A stretch of 64,000 nucleotides of DNA from Candidatus Bathyarchaeia archaeon (GTDB lineage: Archaea > Thermoproteota > Bathyarchaeia > 40CM-2-53-6): contig JBEKFP010000002.1 of the NCBI GenBank assembly GCA_050013255.1, positions 352,001 to 416,000 on the forward strand, written 5' to 3'. This document shows positions 1 through 10,375 of the stretch, one piece after another. The position numbers and the translations under genes were made by a program. The notes below the pieces were generated by a model. The model did not search any database. It was given only the letters and a program-made list of their open reading frames with translations, and was not told where the DNA came from. Within the stretch, counting starts at the first letter, position 1. Every line of letters begins with the position of its first letter.

Positions 1-1
1 T

Positions 2-49
2 GTCAGGGATGAAACTGAGAAAGAGGAAGTCGCGGAGGTTCAAGTCTAA
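2..49 (+). CDS. 3' end of an upstream gene, probably exosome subunit Rrp41 (partial)
   Basis: Open frame VRDETEKEEVAEVQV* whose TAA overlaps the rrp42 ATG. Identity is inferred only from the conserved rrp41-rrp42 order. Confidence 0.4.
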   Translation, partial: VRDETEKEEVAEVQV

Positions 50-864
50 TGTCGGTAACGCATCAACTTTCACCCGTCGCTAAGCTAGAACAGAAGACTG
101 TTCATGACCTAATCGTGAAAGGTAAGCGGTTGGACGAACGGAACGCCCTTGACTATAGGCCGCTAACAATAATGTTGGGCACAATCGAGAAAGCCAACGG
201 GTCAGCCCAAGTGTACCTTGGAAAGACGAAGGTTCTGGCCGGAGTGAAGATACAGACTGGAACTCCATTTCCCGACACGCCTGATGAAGGCATTCTAACG
301 GTCAATTCAGAATTCGTACCTCTGGCATCACCTAACTTTGAAGCTGGACCGCCCGGTGAGGACTCGATCGAACTTGCCCGTGTTGTCGACCGTGGTATTA
401 GAGAGTCGAAAGCCATTGATCTGAAGAAACTCTGCGTTCAACCGGGTAAGAAAGTCTTCGTAGTCTTTGTCGATATCTACGTTCTTGACCACGATGGTAA
501 CTTGATCGACGCAGCAGGTATGGCAGCGTTGGGCGCTCTTATTAGCTCAAAGATGCAGGAATTCGAAGTCAAGAACGACGAGTTAGTCTTCAAAGACAAA
601 ATGATGCCGCTTCCAATGCACGACTACCCGGTTCCCATAACATCCGTCAAAATCGATGGGTCAATTGTCCTTGACCCCTGTCTGGAAGAAGAGCAGGTCA
701 CAAGCTGCAGGTTAACAGTCACAACCGGTAAAGACGACCGCATCTGTGCTATGCAAAAGGGAGGCCTGGGCGTCTTTACGCCTGACGAGGTAAAGCAGAT
801 AGTTTCCACGGCCATAAGCAAATCACGAGACCTACGCCAAAGAATTCTATCAAAAGTGAACTAG
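49..864 (+). CDS. rrp42: Exosome complex component Rrp42
   Basis: RNase PH fold motifs: GKRLDER, KANGSAQVYLGKT, ELARVVDRGIRES, LDHDGNLIDA, MQKGG. Confidence 0.95.
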   Translation: MSVTHQLSPVAKLEQKTVHDLIVKGKRLDERNALDYRPLTIMLGTIEKANGSAQVYLGKTKVLAGVKIQTGTPFPDTPDEGILTVNSEFVPLASPNFEAGPPGEDSIELARVVDRGIRESKAIDLKKLCVQPGKKVFVVFVDIYVLDHDGNLIDAAGMAALGALISSKMQEFEVKNDELVFKDKMMPLPMHDYPVPITSVKIDGSIVLDPCLEEEQVTSCRLTVTTGKDDRICAMQKGGLGVFTPDEVKQIVSTAISKSRDLRQRILSKVN

Positions 865-865
865 T

Positions 866-1285
866 GTGGGACGAACATACAAGGTCGGCCCTTCAGGCAG
901 CTTCGGGGCCCGCTACGGAACAGTGGTTCGGAAGAGATATTCAACCGTTGTAACCGCGCTAAGGGCCGCGCATGAATGCCCACAATGTCATTTAGCGGCT
1001 GTCAAGCGCATGTCCATTGGAGTCTGGCTGTGCGATAGTTGCGGGTTCAAATTCGCCGGGGGCGCATATGTGCCTAGCACGAAACTCGGTCAAGTTGCGG
1101 AGAGAGCTGCTCGTGCAGGTGTCGCATCGGGCCTACTTGCAGAGCTTAAAGCAGAGAAAGCAAGGGCATTTGAAGCTGAGGCCAAAGCGAAAATCGCGAA
1201 GAGACGTCGAAGGAAGGCCGAGGCCAAGAAGAGCGAAGAGAAACCGAAGGGAGCGGAGACGGTCCCCGAGGACAAATCAACCTGA
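866..1285 (+). CDS. rpl37ae: 50S ribosomal protein L37Ae (eL43) with a Lys/Glu-rich C-terminal extension
   Basis: FGARYG, CPQC...GVWLCDSC zinc finger, FAGGAY. Follows rrp42. Confidence 0.93.
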   Translation: MGRTYKVGPSGSFGARYGTVVRKRYSTVVTALRAAHECPQCHLAAVKRMSIGVWLCDSCGFKFAGGAYVPSTKLGQVAERAARAGVASGLLAELKAEKARAFEAEAKAKIAKRRRRKAEAKKSEEKPKGAETVPEDKST

Positions 1286-1298
1286 TCGGCATTTCGAT

Positions 1299-1610
1299 TT
1301 GGAAAAAAAGCAATTAACCAAGGCTCGGGCCACAGTTCGCGTCATTTTTGGCGCAAAGCAACAGGCCGATGCGATCGCGAAAGCTCTGAGCCCAGAACTT
1401 TTTCACCCAGCTGGTGAACGAGCCATGGCGAGGCTTGTGGTTCGCCGACTGACGATGAGCATCCATTTTGAGGCAAAGGACTCGATAGCGCTTCGCGCGA
1501 TTATGAGTTCCGGTCTAAGAATTCTGGCTGCTTCCTTGAACGTTTCTGACTCTCTTATCCAGCTTGAGCGCTCATATTCCATTAGCAAAGGCGATAAGGG
1601 CGGAAAGTAA
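1299..1610 (+). CDS. pcc1: KEOPS complex subunit Pcc1
   Basis: TTG at 1299 is in frame with ORF 1017-1610. Has AIAKALSPE and FEAKDSIALRAIMSS patterns and the usual exosome-operon position. Confidence 0.7.
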   Translation: MEKKQLTKARATVRVIFGAKQQADAIAKALSPELFHPAGERAMARLVVRRLTMSIHFEAKDSIALRAIMSSGLRILAASLNVSDSLIQLERSYSISKGDKGGK

Positions 1611-1638
1611 CAGCGGAACAGCCTGAGCGTGTTTTCGT

Positions 1639-2859
1639 TTGATTAAGGATTTGGACGCAGAGATGGGTAAGCGAGGTGTTAGTGGAATCGTAGTTCTCGG
1701 TGAGACCACCCTTGCGAACCCTGATCTGATCTATGCCGTCGGAGGGAACCTTGCGCGTGGTGGCATATACTTCAAACGGAAAGGAAGCAACCCACTATTG
1801 CTGGTAAGCAACCTTGACGTTGGCACTGCAAGGAAGCTAGGGGTTGTTCGGAGAATCGAAACTTACACTCAGTGGGGGTTCGAGGAACTTGTAAAGAAAT
1901 ACCGTCGAAGGGACGAAGGGATGGCCCGTCTTATTTCCGCCGTACTCAGGCACGAAGGCGTTTCAGGAAGGGTAGGCCTTTTCGGAAGAAGCGACTTGGC
2001 CTCAGGAATTCATCTGGCCAACAGGTTAGGGTCGCTTGGCGTTAAGATTGTTGGCGGAGAATCCCCGACAATACTTGAAGCGGCGCGAGAAACGAAGGAG
2101 AAGCGAGAGATTGATGAGATACGAAATGTGGGAAGAAAAACAACAGAAGTCGTGTCCGAAATTGTCGATAATCTGAGCAAGATGAAAAGAATTCGTGGAC
2201 ACCTGCAAATTGGCAAGCGACGAGCAACGATTGGATTGGTCAAATCGATGATTTCCACTAGAATTGCAAATAAGGGTCTGATTGCGCCCGAGGGGACGAT
2301 CTTCGCCATCGGCCCGTCAAGCGCTGATCCGCACAACAGCGGCGTCAACTCCGATCAAATAAAGCAGGGCCGGTTAATTGTCTTCGATATATTTCCGCAA
2401 GCAGAGAGCGGATATTGGTTCGATCTAACCCGAACATACGTGGTCGGCAGGGCAGGCCCGAAAGCTAAACACGCCTTCGAGGTTGTGTACGAAGCGCAGG
2501 CTACCTCACTAGATGTCCTTGAGGCGGGTGTAACAGGCGAGGAAGCAATGCTTGCTGCATGTGACGTAATCGAGCGGGCAGGGTACAAGACAGTGCGAGA
2601 GGTGTATGAGGGTAGGTCAAAGAATGTGTCATCGGGCTTCAATCACTCGCTCGGCCATGGAGTTGGCTTGACAATCGGCGAGAGGCCAAACCTCAGCCTC
2701 CTGAGTAAAGACCCACTAAAGGCAGGAGGAGTAGTGACGGTTGAGCCAGGGGTCTACCTTCCCAAGTATGGCGGCGTAAGGATCGAAGATACTGTACAGA
2801 TAACCCGAAACGGGTATGAGCAATTGGCGAATGTCGCCAAAGAGTTGGAGATAGTGTAG
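1639..2859 (+). CDS. M24 family Xaa-Pro aminopeptidase/dipeptidase
   Basis: Metal-ligand motifs [32 protein letters not shown]. Confidence 0.9.
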   Translation: MIKDLDAEMGKRGVSGIVVLGETTLANPDLIYAVGGNLARGGIYFKRKGSNPLLLVSNLDVGTARKLGVVRRIETYTQWGFEELVKKYRRRDEGMARLISAVLRHEGVSGRVGLFGRSDLASGIHLANRLGSLGVKIVGGESPTILEAARETKEKREIDEIRNVGRKTTEVVSEIVDNLSKMKRIRGHLQIGKRRATIGLVKSMISTRIANKGLIAPEGTIFAIGPSSADPHNSGVNSDQIKQGRLIVFDIFPQAESGYWFDLTRTYVVGRAGPKAKHAFEVVYEAQATSLDVLEAGVTGEEAMLAACDVIERAGYKTVREVYEGRSKNVSSGFNHSLGHGVGLTIGERPNLSLLSKDPLKAGGVVTVEPGVYLPKYGGVRIEDTVQITRNGYEQLANVAKELEIV

Positions 2860-2873
2860 GGAAGGCCAGAGAA

Positions 2874-3362
2874 ATGAACACCAAAGTTATCGATGTGAAG
2901 GTCCCCGAAGGATGCAACAGCATATTGGGACAAAGCCACTTCATTAAGACGGTTGAGGACCTTTACGAGGCGCTCGTCAACGCGGTTCCAACCATAAAGT
3001 TCGGATTAGCATTTTGTGAATCAAGCGGGCCATGCTTAGTTCGAGTTGATGGGAACGACGCTGAACTGAAGGATTTGGCGTCAAAAACTGCTTTCGCACT
3101 ATCTGCGGGCCACAGTTTCATTATCTTCATGCGAAACGCATATCCGATAAACGTTCTCGACAAAATAAAAGCGGTTCCAGAAGTGTGCAACATCTTCGTA
3201 GCCACGGCAAACCCATTCCAGGTCATCCTTGCCGAAACGGAACAGGGCAGAGGTATCTTGGGGATTGTGGATGGCTACGCGTCCAAGGGAGTTGAGACCG
3301 AAAAAGATGTGCAAGATCGGAAGACATTTCTCAGAAAAATAGGCTACAAGCTTTCAACTTGA
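2874..3362 (+). CDS. Adenosine-specific kinase family protein (DUF355)
   Basis: [42 protein letters not shown]. Confidence 0.85.
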   Translation: MNTKVIDVKVPEGCNSILGQSHFIKTVEDLYEALVNAVPTIKFGLAFCESSGPCLVRVDGNDAELKDLASKTAFALSAGHSFIIFMRNAYPINVLDKIKAVPEVCNIFVATANPFQVILAETEQGRGILGIVDGYASKGVETEKDVQDRKTFLRKIGYKLST

Positions 3363-4787
3363 TTTTGCAGTGGGTCTTGTCGAGGCAAGATACCAACGCA
3401 TTCCAGCCGGCGTATCTTCTAGTCCAATTCCTAAGCTAGTGAGACTGTCACGTATGGTATCAGCATTTTTCCAGTCGCCTCGTTTTCTTGCGCCCTCCCT
3501 CATTTGCAAAAGGAGTTTCAGTAGTCCTTCGAACGGTTTCTCTTGCTCGGCATTACTTGGGCGGAGTATGCCGAATACACTGCCAAAATAATCAAACGTC
3601 TTGATTATCAATTCAGTAGCGCCGCGACCGATTTGTCGAAGGGCGTAGGGCTCAACGTCTTTGGAGTAGGCTATCATCGCTGCCAGGGCGCGTGGTGTAT
3701 TGAAATCATCGTCCATGGCTTCTACGAAGCGTTGTGTTGCCTCCGCCGATAAACGCTCGACGTCCGCGTTCCTTTCATTTCCGGGTTCCACGGTTTCCTT
3801 TAGCGCTTTGAATTGATTATACACTGCGCGCAATTTGTCAAGAACTTGTTCTGCTTGAGTGATATCGGATTCATCAAATTCGAGTTGACTGCGGTAGTGC
3901 CTCATACCATAATACAGCCGAAGAGCCTCGGGGTCATGGTTCCGAAGCGTTTCCTCTATGGTTATGAAATTACCCATTGAATGCCCCATCCGTTCACCGC
4001 GGGTCATGAGTAACCCACCGTGCACCCAGAATCTCACGAGCGGTTCGACACCAGTGGCCGCTTCAGCTTGAGCGATTTCCGCTTCATGGTGCGGGAAGAC
4101 TAAGTCGAGGCCGCCCCCGTGCAGGTCATAGGTGGGGCCGAAATAGGTCGTCGTAATCGCCGTATCCTCAATATGCCAGCCGGGTCTGCCCTTGCCCCAC
4201 GGGCTATCCCAGAAGGGCTCACCCGGCTTCTGGCCTTTCCACAGAGCGAAGTCGACCACATTCCTCTTTCGTGCATCGGGGTCGATTCTGTGCATTACTA
4301 ACTGGTCTATCTTTTGCCCCGACAGCTCTCCGTAGCGAGGGAACTTTGCAACGTCATAGTACACATCGCCTTCCACCTGGTATGCAAATCCCTTCCCAAC
4401 GAGCGTGGCTATCTGTGCAATTATCTCGGGCACGTGCTCCGATGCCTTCGCGTAAAGATTTACGCTGGTGATCCCGAGGGATTCCATGTCGCGCATGAAT
4501 TCCTTCGTAAACCGATCCGCCAGATGCAGGGGATCTTCGCCCGATTCATTTGCTCGGTTGATGATTTTATCCTCGATGTCTGTTATGTTCATCAAGTAAA
4601 AGAGGCTGAAACCTCTCGCCCTTAGATATCTCGCGATAATGTCATACGCCAAATATGTTCTCGCGTGGCCGATATGGCTGTGATCGTAAACAGTGGGCCC
4701 GCATACAAACATGTAAACTCGGTTGCCTCGGGCCGGCTTGAATTCCTCAACGGAGCGTGTTTTAGTATTGTAGATTCTCAAACCCAT
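3354..4787 (-). CDS. cysS: Cysteine--tRNA ligase
   Basis: [15 protein letters not shown] (HIGH motif), [35 protein letters not shown]. Start placed at MGLRIYNT. Confidence 0.95.
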   Translation of the reverse strand: MGLRIYNTKTRSVEEFKPARGNRVYMFVCGPTVYDHSHIGHARTYLAYDIIARYLRARGFSLFYLMNITDIEDKIINRANESGEDPLHLADRFTKEFMRDMESLGITSVNLYAKASEHVPEIIAQIATLVGKGFAYQVEGDVYYDVAKFPRYGELSGQKIDQLVMHRIDPDARKRNVVDFALWKGQKPGEPFWDSPWGKGRPGWHIEDTAITTTYFGPTYDLHGGGLDLVFPHHEAEIAQAEAATGVEPLVRFWVHGGLLMTRGERMGHSMGNFITIEETLRNHDPEALRLYYGMRHYRSQLEFDESDITQAEQVLDKLRAVYNQFKALKETVEPGNERNADVERLSAEATQRFVEAMDDDFNTPRALAAMIAYSKDVEPYALRQIGRGATELIIKTFDYFGSVFGILRPSNAEQEKPFEGLLKLLLQMREGARKRGDWKNADTIRDSLTSLGIGLEDTPAGMRWYLASTRPTAKSS

Positions 4788-5113
4788 AATGAGTTCCTCC
4801 AGTGGAGGCGAAGAAGTTTCGACGGCCAACATAACTTGGGGTCAGTTAAGCGCAAGAGCGTGGGTTCCTTCGCAAACGCCTTCACCCATATTCCTCGCCG
4901 TCTCGACAGACGAACCTTCTTGACGTCTAATTAATCTTATGATGTGGGTCGAACACATAGCTTGAGTTCAGGGAGTCTTTGGTGAGCTTGCTCAATCAAA
5001 GGACGGCTGTTTGGAGAAGCACAACAGGTGAAATCATCACAGAATTTTGATATTTCGCTCTAATTTTACCCTTACACATATATTGAACGGAATGGTTCCA
5101 ATCTGCAAAATGG

Positions 5114-6397
5114 ATGATTCTCGGCATGGCGCAAGCGATTCTCAAGTCAGAGAAGAAGGGCGATGAACTCGTTGTTCAGCCAGAGATTAACATTGGCACT
5201 CTCGGGCATGTCGACAACGGTAAGAGCACGCTTGTGCAGGCCCTGACCGGCGTTTGGACCGCCAGGCATTCAGAAGAACTTCGAAGAGGAATCACGATTA
5301 AGATCGGGTACGCAGACGCATTCATCTACAAATGCCCAAAATGCCGTGCCCCAAGCAATTACACGACTCAAACCAAATGCCCAAATTGCGGCAGCGAAAC
5401 CAAGTTCGTTCGCGCCGTGAGCTTTGTTGACTGCCCTGGTCACCACAGCTTAATGGTCACGATGCTCTCGGGGTCTTCCTTGATGGACGGGGCGCTCTTC
5501 GTGTTAGCGAGCAGTGCCAAGTGCCCTCAAGCACAAGATAGAGAACACTTGCTAGCAGCGGAAAGTGTAGGAATCAAGAACCTAATCATAGTGCAGAACA
5601 AGATCGACGTTGTCACAAAAGAACGAGCAATAGAAAATCACAAAGAGATTCGCGCGTTCGTGAAGGGAACGATCGCCGAGGAAGCGCCAATCGTACCCAT
5701 CTCAGCCCAACATGGAACGAACATCGACGTGTTGTTGAAGGAGATTGAAGAGCGGATACCGACGCCGAAACGAAACCTCGCCGCGTCAGCACGCGCATAC
5801 GTGCTTAGATCTTTTGAAGTGAACAAGCCGGGAACTGAAGTGGACGAATTGGTCGGGGGAGTAATCGGGGGGTCAATTATTGAAGGCGCCTTCAAACTCG
5901 GAGACCAAATCGAGATTCGGCCAGGAATCGTAGTGCAGGAGGGCGGAAAGAGTAGATACGAGCGATTAGTCACGACCGTCAGAAGTCTGAGCGTCAGCCG
6001 AGGGCTCGTGGTGGAGGCAAAGAGCGGCGGCCTAGTTGGAATCGGAACGGACTTAGACCCATCACTCACAAAATCGGACGGTCTCGTTGGGAGCGTTGCT
6101 GGAAAAGTTGACACATTACCGCCCAGCTTGGGGAACATAACACTCGACGTCAAGCTTTTCGCGAAGGTCGTTGGGACAGAACTTGCGGTGCCCGTGGACA
6201 AGATAAGGACGAACGAGGCTCTAGTGCTGAATGTGGGAACCACCGTGACGTCAGGGATCGTTACCTCCGCGCGCGAAGACGTGGCGGACGTTGGCCTCAA
6301 GAAACCCATCTGCGCCGAGAGCGGGTCGAAAGTCGCGATAAGCCGCAGAATTGCAGATAGTTGGCGACTCATCGGATTCGGAACATTGAGGGCGTAA
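5114..6397 (+). CDS. eif2g: Translation initiation factor aIF2 gamma subunit
   Basis: QPEINIGTLGHVDNGKS, RGITIKIGYA, zinc knuckle, DCPGH, NKID, WRLIGFG. Start may be 5126. Confidence 0.97.
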   Translation: MILGMAQAILKSEKKGDELVVQPEINIGTLGHVDNGKSTLVQALTGVWTARHSEELRRGITIKIGYADAFIYKCPKCRAPSNYTTQTKCPNCGSETKFVRAVSFVDCPGHHSLMVTMLSGSSLMDGALFVLASSAKCPQAQDREHLLAAESVGIKNLIIVQNKIDVVTKERAIENHKEIRAFVKGTIAEEAPIVPISAQHGTNIDVLLKEIEERIPTPKRNLAASARAYVLRSFEVNKPGTEVDELVGGVIGGSIIEGAFKLGDQIEIRPGIVVQEGGKSRYERLVTTVRSLSVSRGLVVEAKSGGLVGIGTDLDPSLTKSDGLVGSVAGKVDTLPPSLGNITLDVKLFAKVVGTELAVPVDKIRTNEALVLNVGTTVTSGIVTSAREDVADVGLKKPICAESGSKVAISRRIADSWRLIGFGTLRA

Positions 6398-6399
6398 AA

Positions 6400-6807
6400 T
6401 TGCCCATAAAGGTCATTCTTGATTCAAACTTCCTGATGATTCCCTTCCAATTTAACCTCGATGTTTTCCAGGAAATCGAATTTCTTCTCCAAAAGAAAGT
6501 AGATTTCATTGTCCCATCAGCAGTAAAGAGTGAGCTAACCGGCCTCTCCACAAGGGGCGGGGAAGGAGCCGCAGAAGCTTCGTTGGCCCTTCAACTCGCA
6601 TCGCGCTGTCGCGTGGTGGAGGTGACTCTAGAAACGAATGAAACGGTTGATGATGCAATAGTTAAGGCGTCCCAAAAACTCGGCGCGGTCGTCGCGACAA
6701 ACGACATCGAACTCAAGAACCGGCTAAAACTACTTAAAGTACCGGTTGTGTACCTGCGCGACAAATCCAAACTAGAGGTCGACGGAATAGAACCAGCCTA
6801 CTTCTAG
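6400..6807 (+). CDS. PIN-domain ribonuclease (Fcf1/Utp24-like)
   Basis: VILDSNFL, VDDAI, VATND. Conserved position between eif2g and rpoE. TTG start. Confidence 0.85.
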   Translation: MPIKVILDSNFLMIPFQFNLDVFQEIEFLLQKKVDFIVPSAVKSELTGLSTRGGEGAAEASLALQLASRCRVVEVTLETNETVDDAIVKASQKLGAVVATNDIELKNRLKLLKVPVVYLRDKSKLEVDGIEPAYF

Positions 6808-6839
6808 AATGAATTTGTAGTTGTGTTGAGGCAAAGAAA

Positions 6840-7415
6840 ATGTTCCGATTAGTGACCGTTGAGGATATTGTCAGAATTCCACCTAAAAGTTTCGGCCACC
6901 CGATCGATAAGGCCGCCAAAGAACAAATCAAGTTAAAGTATGAGAACATCGTGGACGAGGAACTTGGTTATGTAATACTTGTCGTAGATGTGGATGTAGA
7001 CCCGGTGGGGAAGATCCTGCCCGGCGACGGGTCTACGTACCATAAGGTAAACTTCAAACTCCTTTCATTCTATCCGGAAATGCATGAGGTTGTGGAGGGG
7101 GAGGTCGTCGAAGTGACCGATTTCGGCGCCTTCGTCAGAATCGGCCCAGAGGACGCGTTGCTGCACGTTTCTCAAATCATGGACGACTACATCTCTTTCG
7201 ACGAGAAGCACGGCGTGCTGGTTGGCAAGGAATCTCAAAGAAAACTAGGCAAAGGCGACATGGTGAGAGGGCGCATTATTGCCGTTAGCTTTCCACGTGG
7301 AGGCGCAGGAGGCAAGATTGGTATCACAATGCGCCAACCTTTCCTCGGTAAACTCGACTGGATAGAGGCTGACATAAAGCGAACAAAAGTCGTACATGAG
7401 GAGAAGGCTGCTTGA
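6840..7415 (+). CDS. rpo7: RNA polymerase subunit Rpo7 (E')
   Basis: VRIPP, S1 domain EGEVVEVTDFGAFVRIGP, LLHVSQIMDD, TMRQPFLGK. Confidence 0.96.
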   Translation: MFRLVTVEDIVRIPPKSFGHPIDKAAKEQIKLKYENIVDEELGYVILVVDVDVDPVGKILPGDGSTYHKVNFKLLSFYPEMHEVVEGEVVEVTDFGAFVRIGPEDALLHVSQIMDDYISFDEKHGVLVGKESQRKLGKGDMVRGRIIAVSFPRGGAGGKIGITMRQPFLGKLDWIEADIKRTKVVHEEKAA

Positions 7416-7597
7416 CGGAGAAGGCCTGCAAGAACTGCAGGTTCATCAGTAACGGGCCTATTTGCCCAAACTGTAAGTCGAACAATCTCAGCGACGACTG
7501 GAGCGGTCTAGTGGTCATCATTGATCCTTCAACGTCTGAGGTCGGGAAAAGAATGGGGATTAAAGCGGCGGGTCGTTATGCCTTGAGAGTCCGCTGA
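7412..7597 (+). CDS. spt4: Transcription elongation factor Spt4 (RpoE'')
   Basis: KACKNC...CPNC, DWSGLVVIIDP, GRYALRVR. Confidence 0.95.
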   Translation: MTEKACKNCRFISNGPICPNCKSNNLSDDWSGLVVIIDPSTSEVGKRMGIKAAGRYALRVR

Positions 7598-7630
7598 ATG
7601 TCCACCCCCCACTAACACAAGTGTCTTCAC

Positions 7631-8149
7631 GTGCCAACTCTGGTCTTGACGAACGCCCAGAGGCGGTTAATGAAACAACCGCTCGGAGAGTTGATCGCAG
7701 GAACCCCAGCCGATTGTAACCGCATACTCAATGAAATAGTTACAAAGGAGAAACCAACTCGGCTAATTCTGGTCGGTGATACTGTTAGCAGAAATGCCAT
7801 CCAAATGCAAATGAGACCAGACGTAATCATTGTCGATAACATGGAGAAGCGGGAAAAAGCTGCTCAATTTGACTACACGGCAGAGCATATCTTCCGAACA
7901 CAAAACCCGGCTGGAACAATCGAATCAGGGGCATGGCGAATTATCGATGAAGCAGTACGGAAAGGCAACAGCGTTGTCGTGGTGGATGGCGAAGAAGATT
8001 TGCTTACTCTGCCAGCTATCTTGTCATCACCTGACAAGTCCCTAGTTGTTTATGGGCAGCCTAGCGTAGGAATCGTCCTCGTCAGGGTTACCCCCGAGAA
8101 GAAGAAGGACGTCACTAAATTAGTTGAGGAAATGGAAAAGAAAAGCTGA
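7631..8149 (+). CDS. GTP-dependent dephospho-CoA kinase (DUF359)
   Basis: VGDTVS, NPAGTI, VDGEEDLLTLP, YGQP. Follows spt4. Confidence 0.88.
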   Translation: MPTLVLTNAQRRLMKQPLGELIAGTPADCNRILNEIVTKEKPTRLILVGDTVSRNAIQMQMRPDVIIVDNMEKREKAAQFDYTAEHIFRTQNPAGTIESGAWRIIDEAVRKGNSVVVVDGEEDLLTLPAILSSPDKSLVVYGQPSVGIVLVRVTPEKKKDVTKLVEEMEKKS

Positions 8150-8151
8150 GC

Positions 8152-8343
8152 CTACTTTGCAGTCTTCACGAAATCAGTGAAGCTACAGGAGCCACAAGTC
8201 CAACGTTCCACGGGGCTCTTGTGAAACGCCATAACGTTGCCGCACCGGGGACACTTTCGGTTCTTGAGCTTAATTGTCCCCTTCTGAGGGTCGACTTCGT
8301 AGAGAGTGCCCAATCCACGCTTGGGCTGCTTTTTTTCGCTCAC
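8152..8343 (-). CDS. rps27ae: 30S ribosomal protein S27ae (eS31)
   Basis: KCPRCG-x-MA-x-H...RWTCGSC. Confidence 0.93.
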   Translation of the reverse strand: MSEKKQPKRGLGTLYEVDPQKGTIKLKNRKCPRCGNVMAFHKSPVERWTCGSCSFTDFVKTAK

Positions 8344-8816
8344 TTCGCTTCGCTTCCTTTGGCTTTCTTGGGTGGTTCCGTCGCCGGCTTTGCTTCTTGT
8401 TTAGGCTTTTCTTCCTTAGCTTCTTTGGGTTCTTCTTTCGGTTTTTCTGGCTTTGCTTTTTCGGCCTTCGGTTTCTCCGCTTTGGGCTTCGCTTCTTCCT
8501 TCTTCGCTTGCTCTTCCCTGACGCGTTTTCGTTCTTCGGGTGGGAGGTTACGGACTTGGATGTACTTTGGTACGGTGCGTTGAGCGCTCTGCGGATCATC
8601 ATAGACTTCTATCGCGCATAGTGCGCTCTGTGTTCCAGTATTGGTTTCGATATCGAGAACGTACACGTTCTCTGGTTTTGTGTTGAATTTAGAGGCAACG
8701 GCTTTCCTCACATCCACTCTCGATGGGGTGCCTTCGCCCTCATGGTCGACTTCCACGTGGACTTCTTTTCTCTTTAGCAGAGGGTTATACGTGTCCTGTC
8801 TGACTTTGAAATCCAA
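8340..8816 (-). CDS. rps24e: 30S ribosomal protein S24e with a K/E/P/A-rich tail
   Basis: NPLLKRKE, TPSR, YDD, PKYIQVRN. Confidence 0.92.
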   Translation of the reverse strand: MDFKVRQDTYNPLLKRKEVHVEVDHEGEGTPSRVDVRKAVASKFNTKPENVYVLDIETNTGTQSALCAIEVYDDPQSAQRTVPKYIQVRNLPPEERKRVREEQAKKEEAKPKAEKPKAEKAKPEKPKEEPKEAKEEKPKQEAKPATEPPKKAKGSEAK

Positions 8817-8829
8817 TCACGTCCACCTC

Positions 8830-9318
8830 TTACTTTGATTTCTTGCCCGCCTTCTTTGCTGCCTTCTTGGTTTTAGGCTTCTCAGCCGCTTTCTCAACGG
8901 CTGGCCTAGGTGGCTTGGGTTGCTCGGTCGTGGCTTTGGTTTCGGTTGGTCGCTTTGCCTCAGCGCCGGTTGCTTCCTTACTGAGGGTGAAATTGATCTG
9001 GTAGGTTTCATCCGTTATTGTTCGGCCGCGCACGAGTTTACTCCTTCTTTCACCGTGTCGGGTTGGTCTGAATCCTGGCCCACTGGAGAGGACGATGTGT
9101 TTCTTAACACCGCCATGAACATCAGGACGCATGGGAATGCCGTTCTTGTCACACCCTCCGGAGATACGCATCCGATTGGAGCCGAGCCCTAGCGCCGAAC
9201 CATCTATTACCTCGCCCAAGGAACGGCCGATGAGGGCCTGGGCCCTAGACCCTTCTATCTCGCTTGCGGCGGACTTGCCAGTAGCTGGGTCGGAGACAAT
9301 CACTTTGAACTTTGCCAT
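8830..9318 (-). CDS. rps6e: 30S ribosomal protein S6e with a Lys-rich tail
   Basis: FKVIVSDP, ISGGCDKNGIPMRPDVHG, GERRSKLVRG, QIN. Confidence 0.93.
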   Translation of the reverse strand: MAKFKVIVSDPATGKSAASEIEGSRAQALIGRSLGEVIDGSALGLGSNRMRISGGCDKNGIPMRPDVHGGVKKHIVLSSGPGFRPTRHGERRSKLVRGRTITDETYQINFTLSKEATGAEAKRPTETKATTEQPKPPRPAVEKAAEKPKTKKAAKKAGKKSK

Positions 9319-9390
9319 GACATTGACCAGTCTGAAAGCGCGGAGCGATACTACGCCCTAACTGCCTTTTATTAACGTTGCCAGAATTTC

Positions 9391-9759
9391 TTACTGGGGC
9401 GTATGCCCCCGAAAGAAGGTTTTCAATTCGGAGATGCTCATGAATCCGTGCTCCTTACGTTCTCTACCCCCAGTTTCCAACCAAATGTGCTTAGCCTTCT
9501 TCCCTTCGATTTCTCTTAGGAAATCCCCCACAGCCAGCGGCGTTACGTTTTCAGGAGTCTTGCCGGAGTAAAATGCATCTGCCAACCTGCTTCTGTCCCC
9601 TTGGCTGAGTCCTCCTTGCAACTTGAAGTACGTCATCCTGTCCCCGGCTGTGTGCGAGATGCCCAGAGTCGTCGCTTCTCGTAGTTCGACAAGTAGGATT
9701 GCGTATTGATGAATTTCACTTAATATCTGGAGGAGGTCACTCGCGGAGATCATCGTCAA
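9391..9759 (-). CDS. Hypothetical protein
   Basis: 122-aa ORF filling the intergenic space. No family recognised. Confidence 0.55.
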   Translation of the reverse strand: MTMISASDLLQILSEIHQYAILLVELREATTLGISHTAGDRMTYFKLQGGLSQGDRSRLADAFYSGKTPENVTPLAVGDFLREIEGKKAKHIWLETGGRERKEHGFMSISELKTFFRGHTPQ

Positions 9760-9976
9760 TCATTACTCGGTAACGAGACGAAGGCTAATGGCTTGTCACC
9801 GTTAAGGTGCCTATTCAAGTTTGGCGGGCGCGCAATTGCCGCAACGTGAAGCCATTTTCAGTTCACGGGCTTTTCCAGTCAAAGGGGACACTTGACGCGT
9901 TATCCCCCCGCAGAAATGTTCATAAAAGGCTCACCGCTGGTTACGCTAGCCAATTGGCAAATGTGCGGTGAAGCGA

Positions 9977-10375
9977 ATGCCAAAGTCGTTCTACGTTAAG
10001 TTCGAAGTCCCTAAGGAATTGGCCGACAAAGCACTACAGGTTGTGCAAGTGGCCAAGGACTCCGGAAAGCTAAGAAAAGGAACTAATGAAAGTACCAAGG
10101 CGATTGAACGTGCCGTCGCAAAGCTCGTTCTGATAGCAGAGGATGTTGACCCTCCGCAGGTGGTTGCACACTTACCCATCTTGTGCGAAGAGAGGAAGAT
10201 ACCGTTCCTCTTCGTGCCGAGCAAACTCGAACTTGGTCGGGCTGCCGGCATCGATGTTGGTTGTGCAGCGGTCTCCATCCTCGATGGCGGTGAAGGCGCC
10301 AAGACTCTAAAGGAGTTGGCCGACGCAACACAACAGTTCAGAAAGGGCGGAGCCAAAGGACAAGGACAGGCATGA
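9977..10375 (+). CDS. rpl7ae: 50S ribosomal protein L7Ae (eL8)
   Basis: [34 protein letters not shown] at 9977 follows GGTGA. Confidence 0.96.
   Translation: MPKSFYVKFEVPKELADKALQVVQVAKDSGKLRKGTNESTKAIERAVAKLVLIAEDVDPPQVVAHLPILCEERKIPFLFVPSKLELGRAAGIDVGCAAVSILDGGEGAKTLKELADATQQFRKGGAKGQGQA

Noticed and set aside
1017-1298. N-terminal part of the 197-aa ORF
   Set aside because: It overlaps rpl37ae in another frame. Pcc1-like sequence starts only at about 1299.
4965-5040. Box C/D sRNA on the minus strand (GTGATGA ... CTGA)
   Set aside because: No terminal stem, no recognisable D'/C' pair, and the spacing is too long.
5638-6372. Long antisense ORFs (this one and similar ones opposite lhr, the ABC genes and the thiolases)
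   Set aside because: They are shadows of well-supported genes on the other strand.
8380-8510. Repetitive DNA as a CRISPR or tandem-repeat element
   Set aside because: It is the coding sequence of the KPKAE-like S24e tail, with no repeat-spacer structure.
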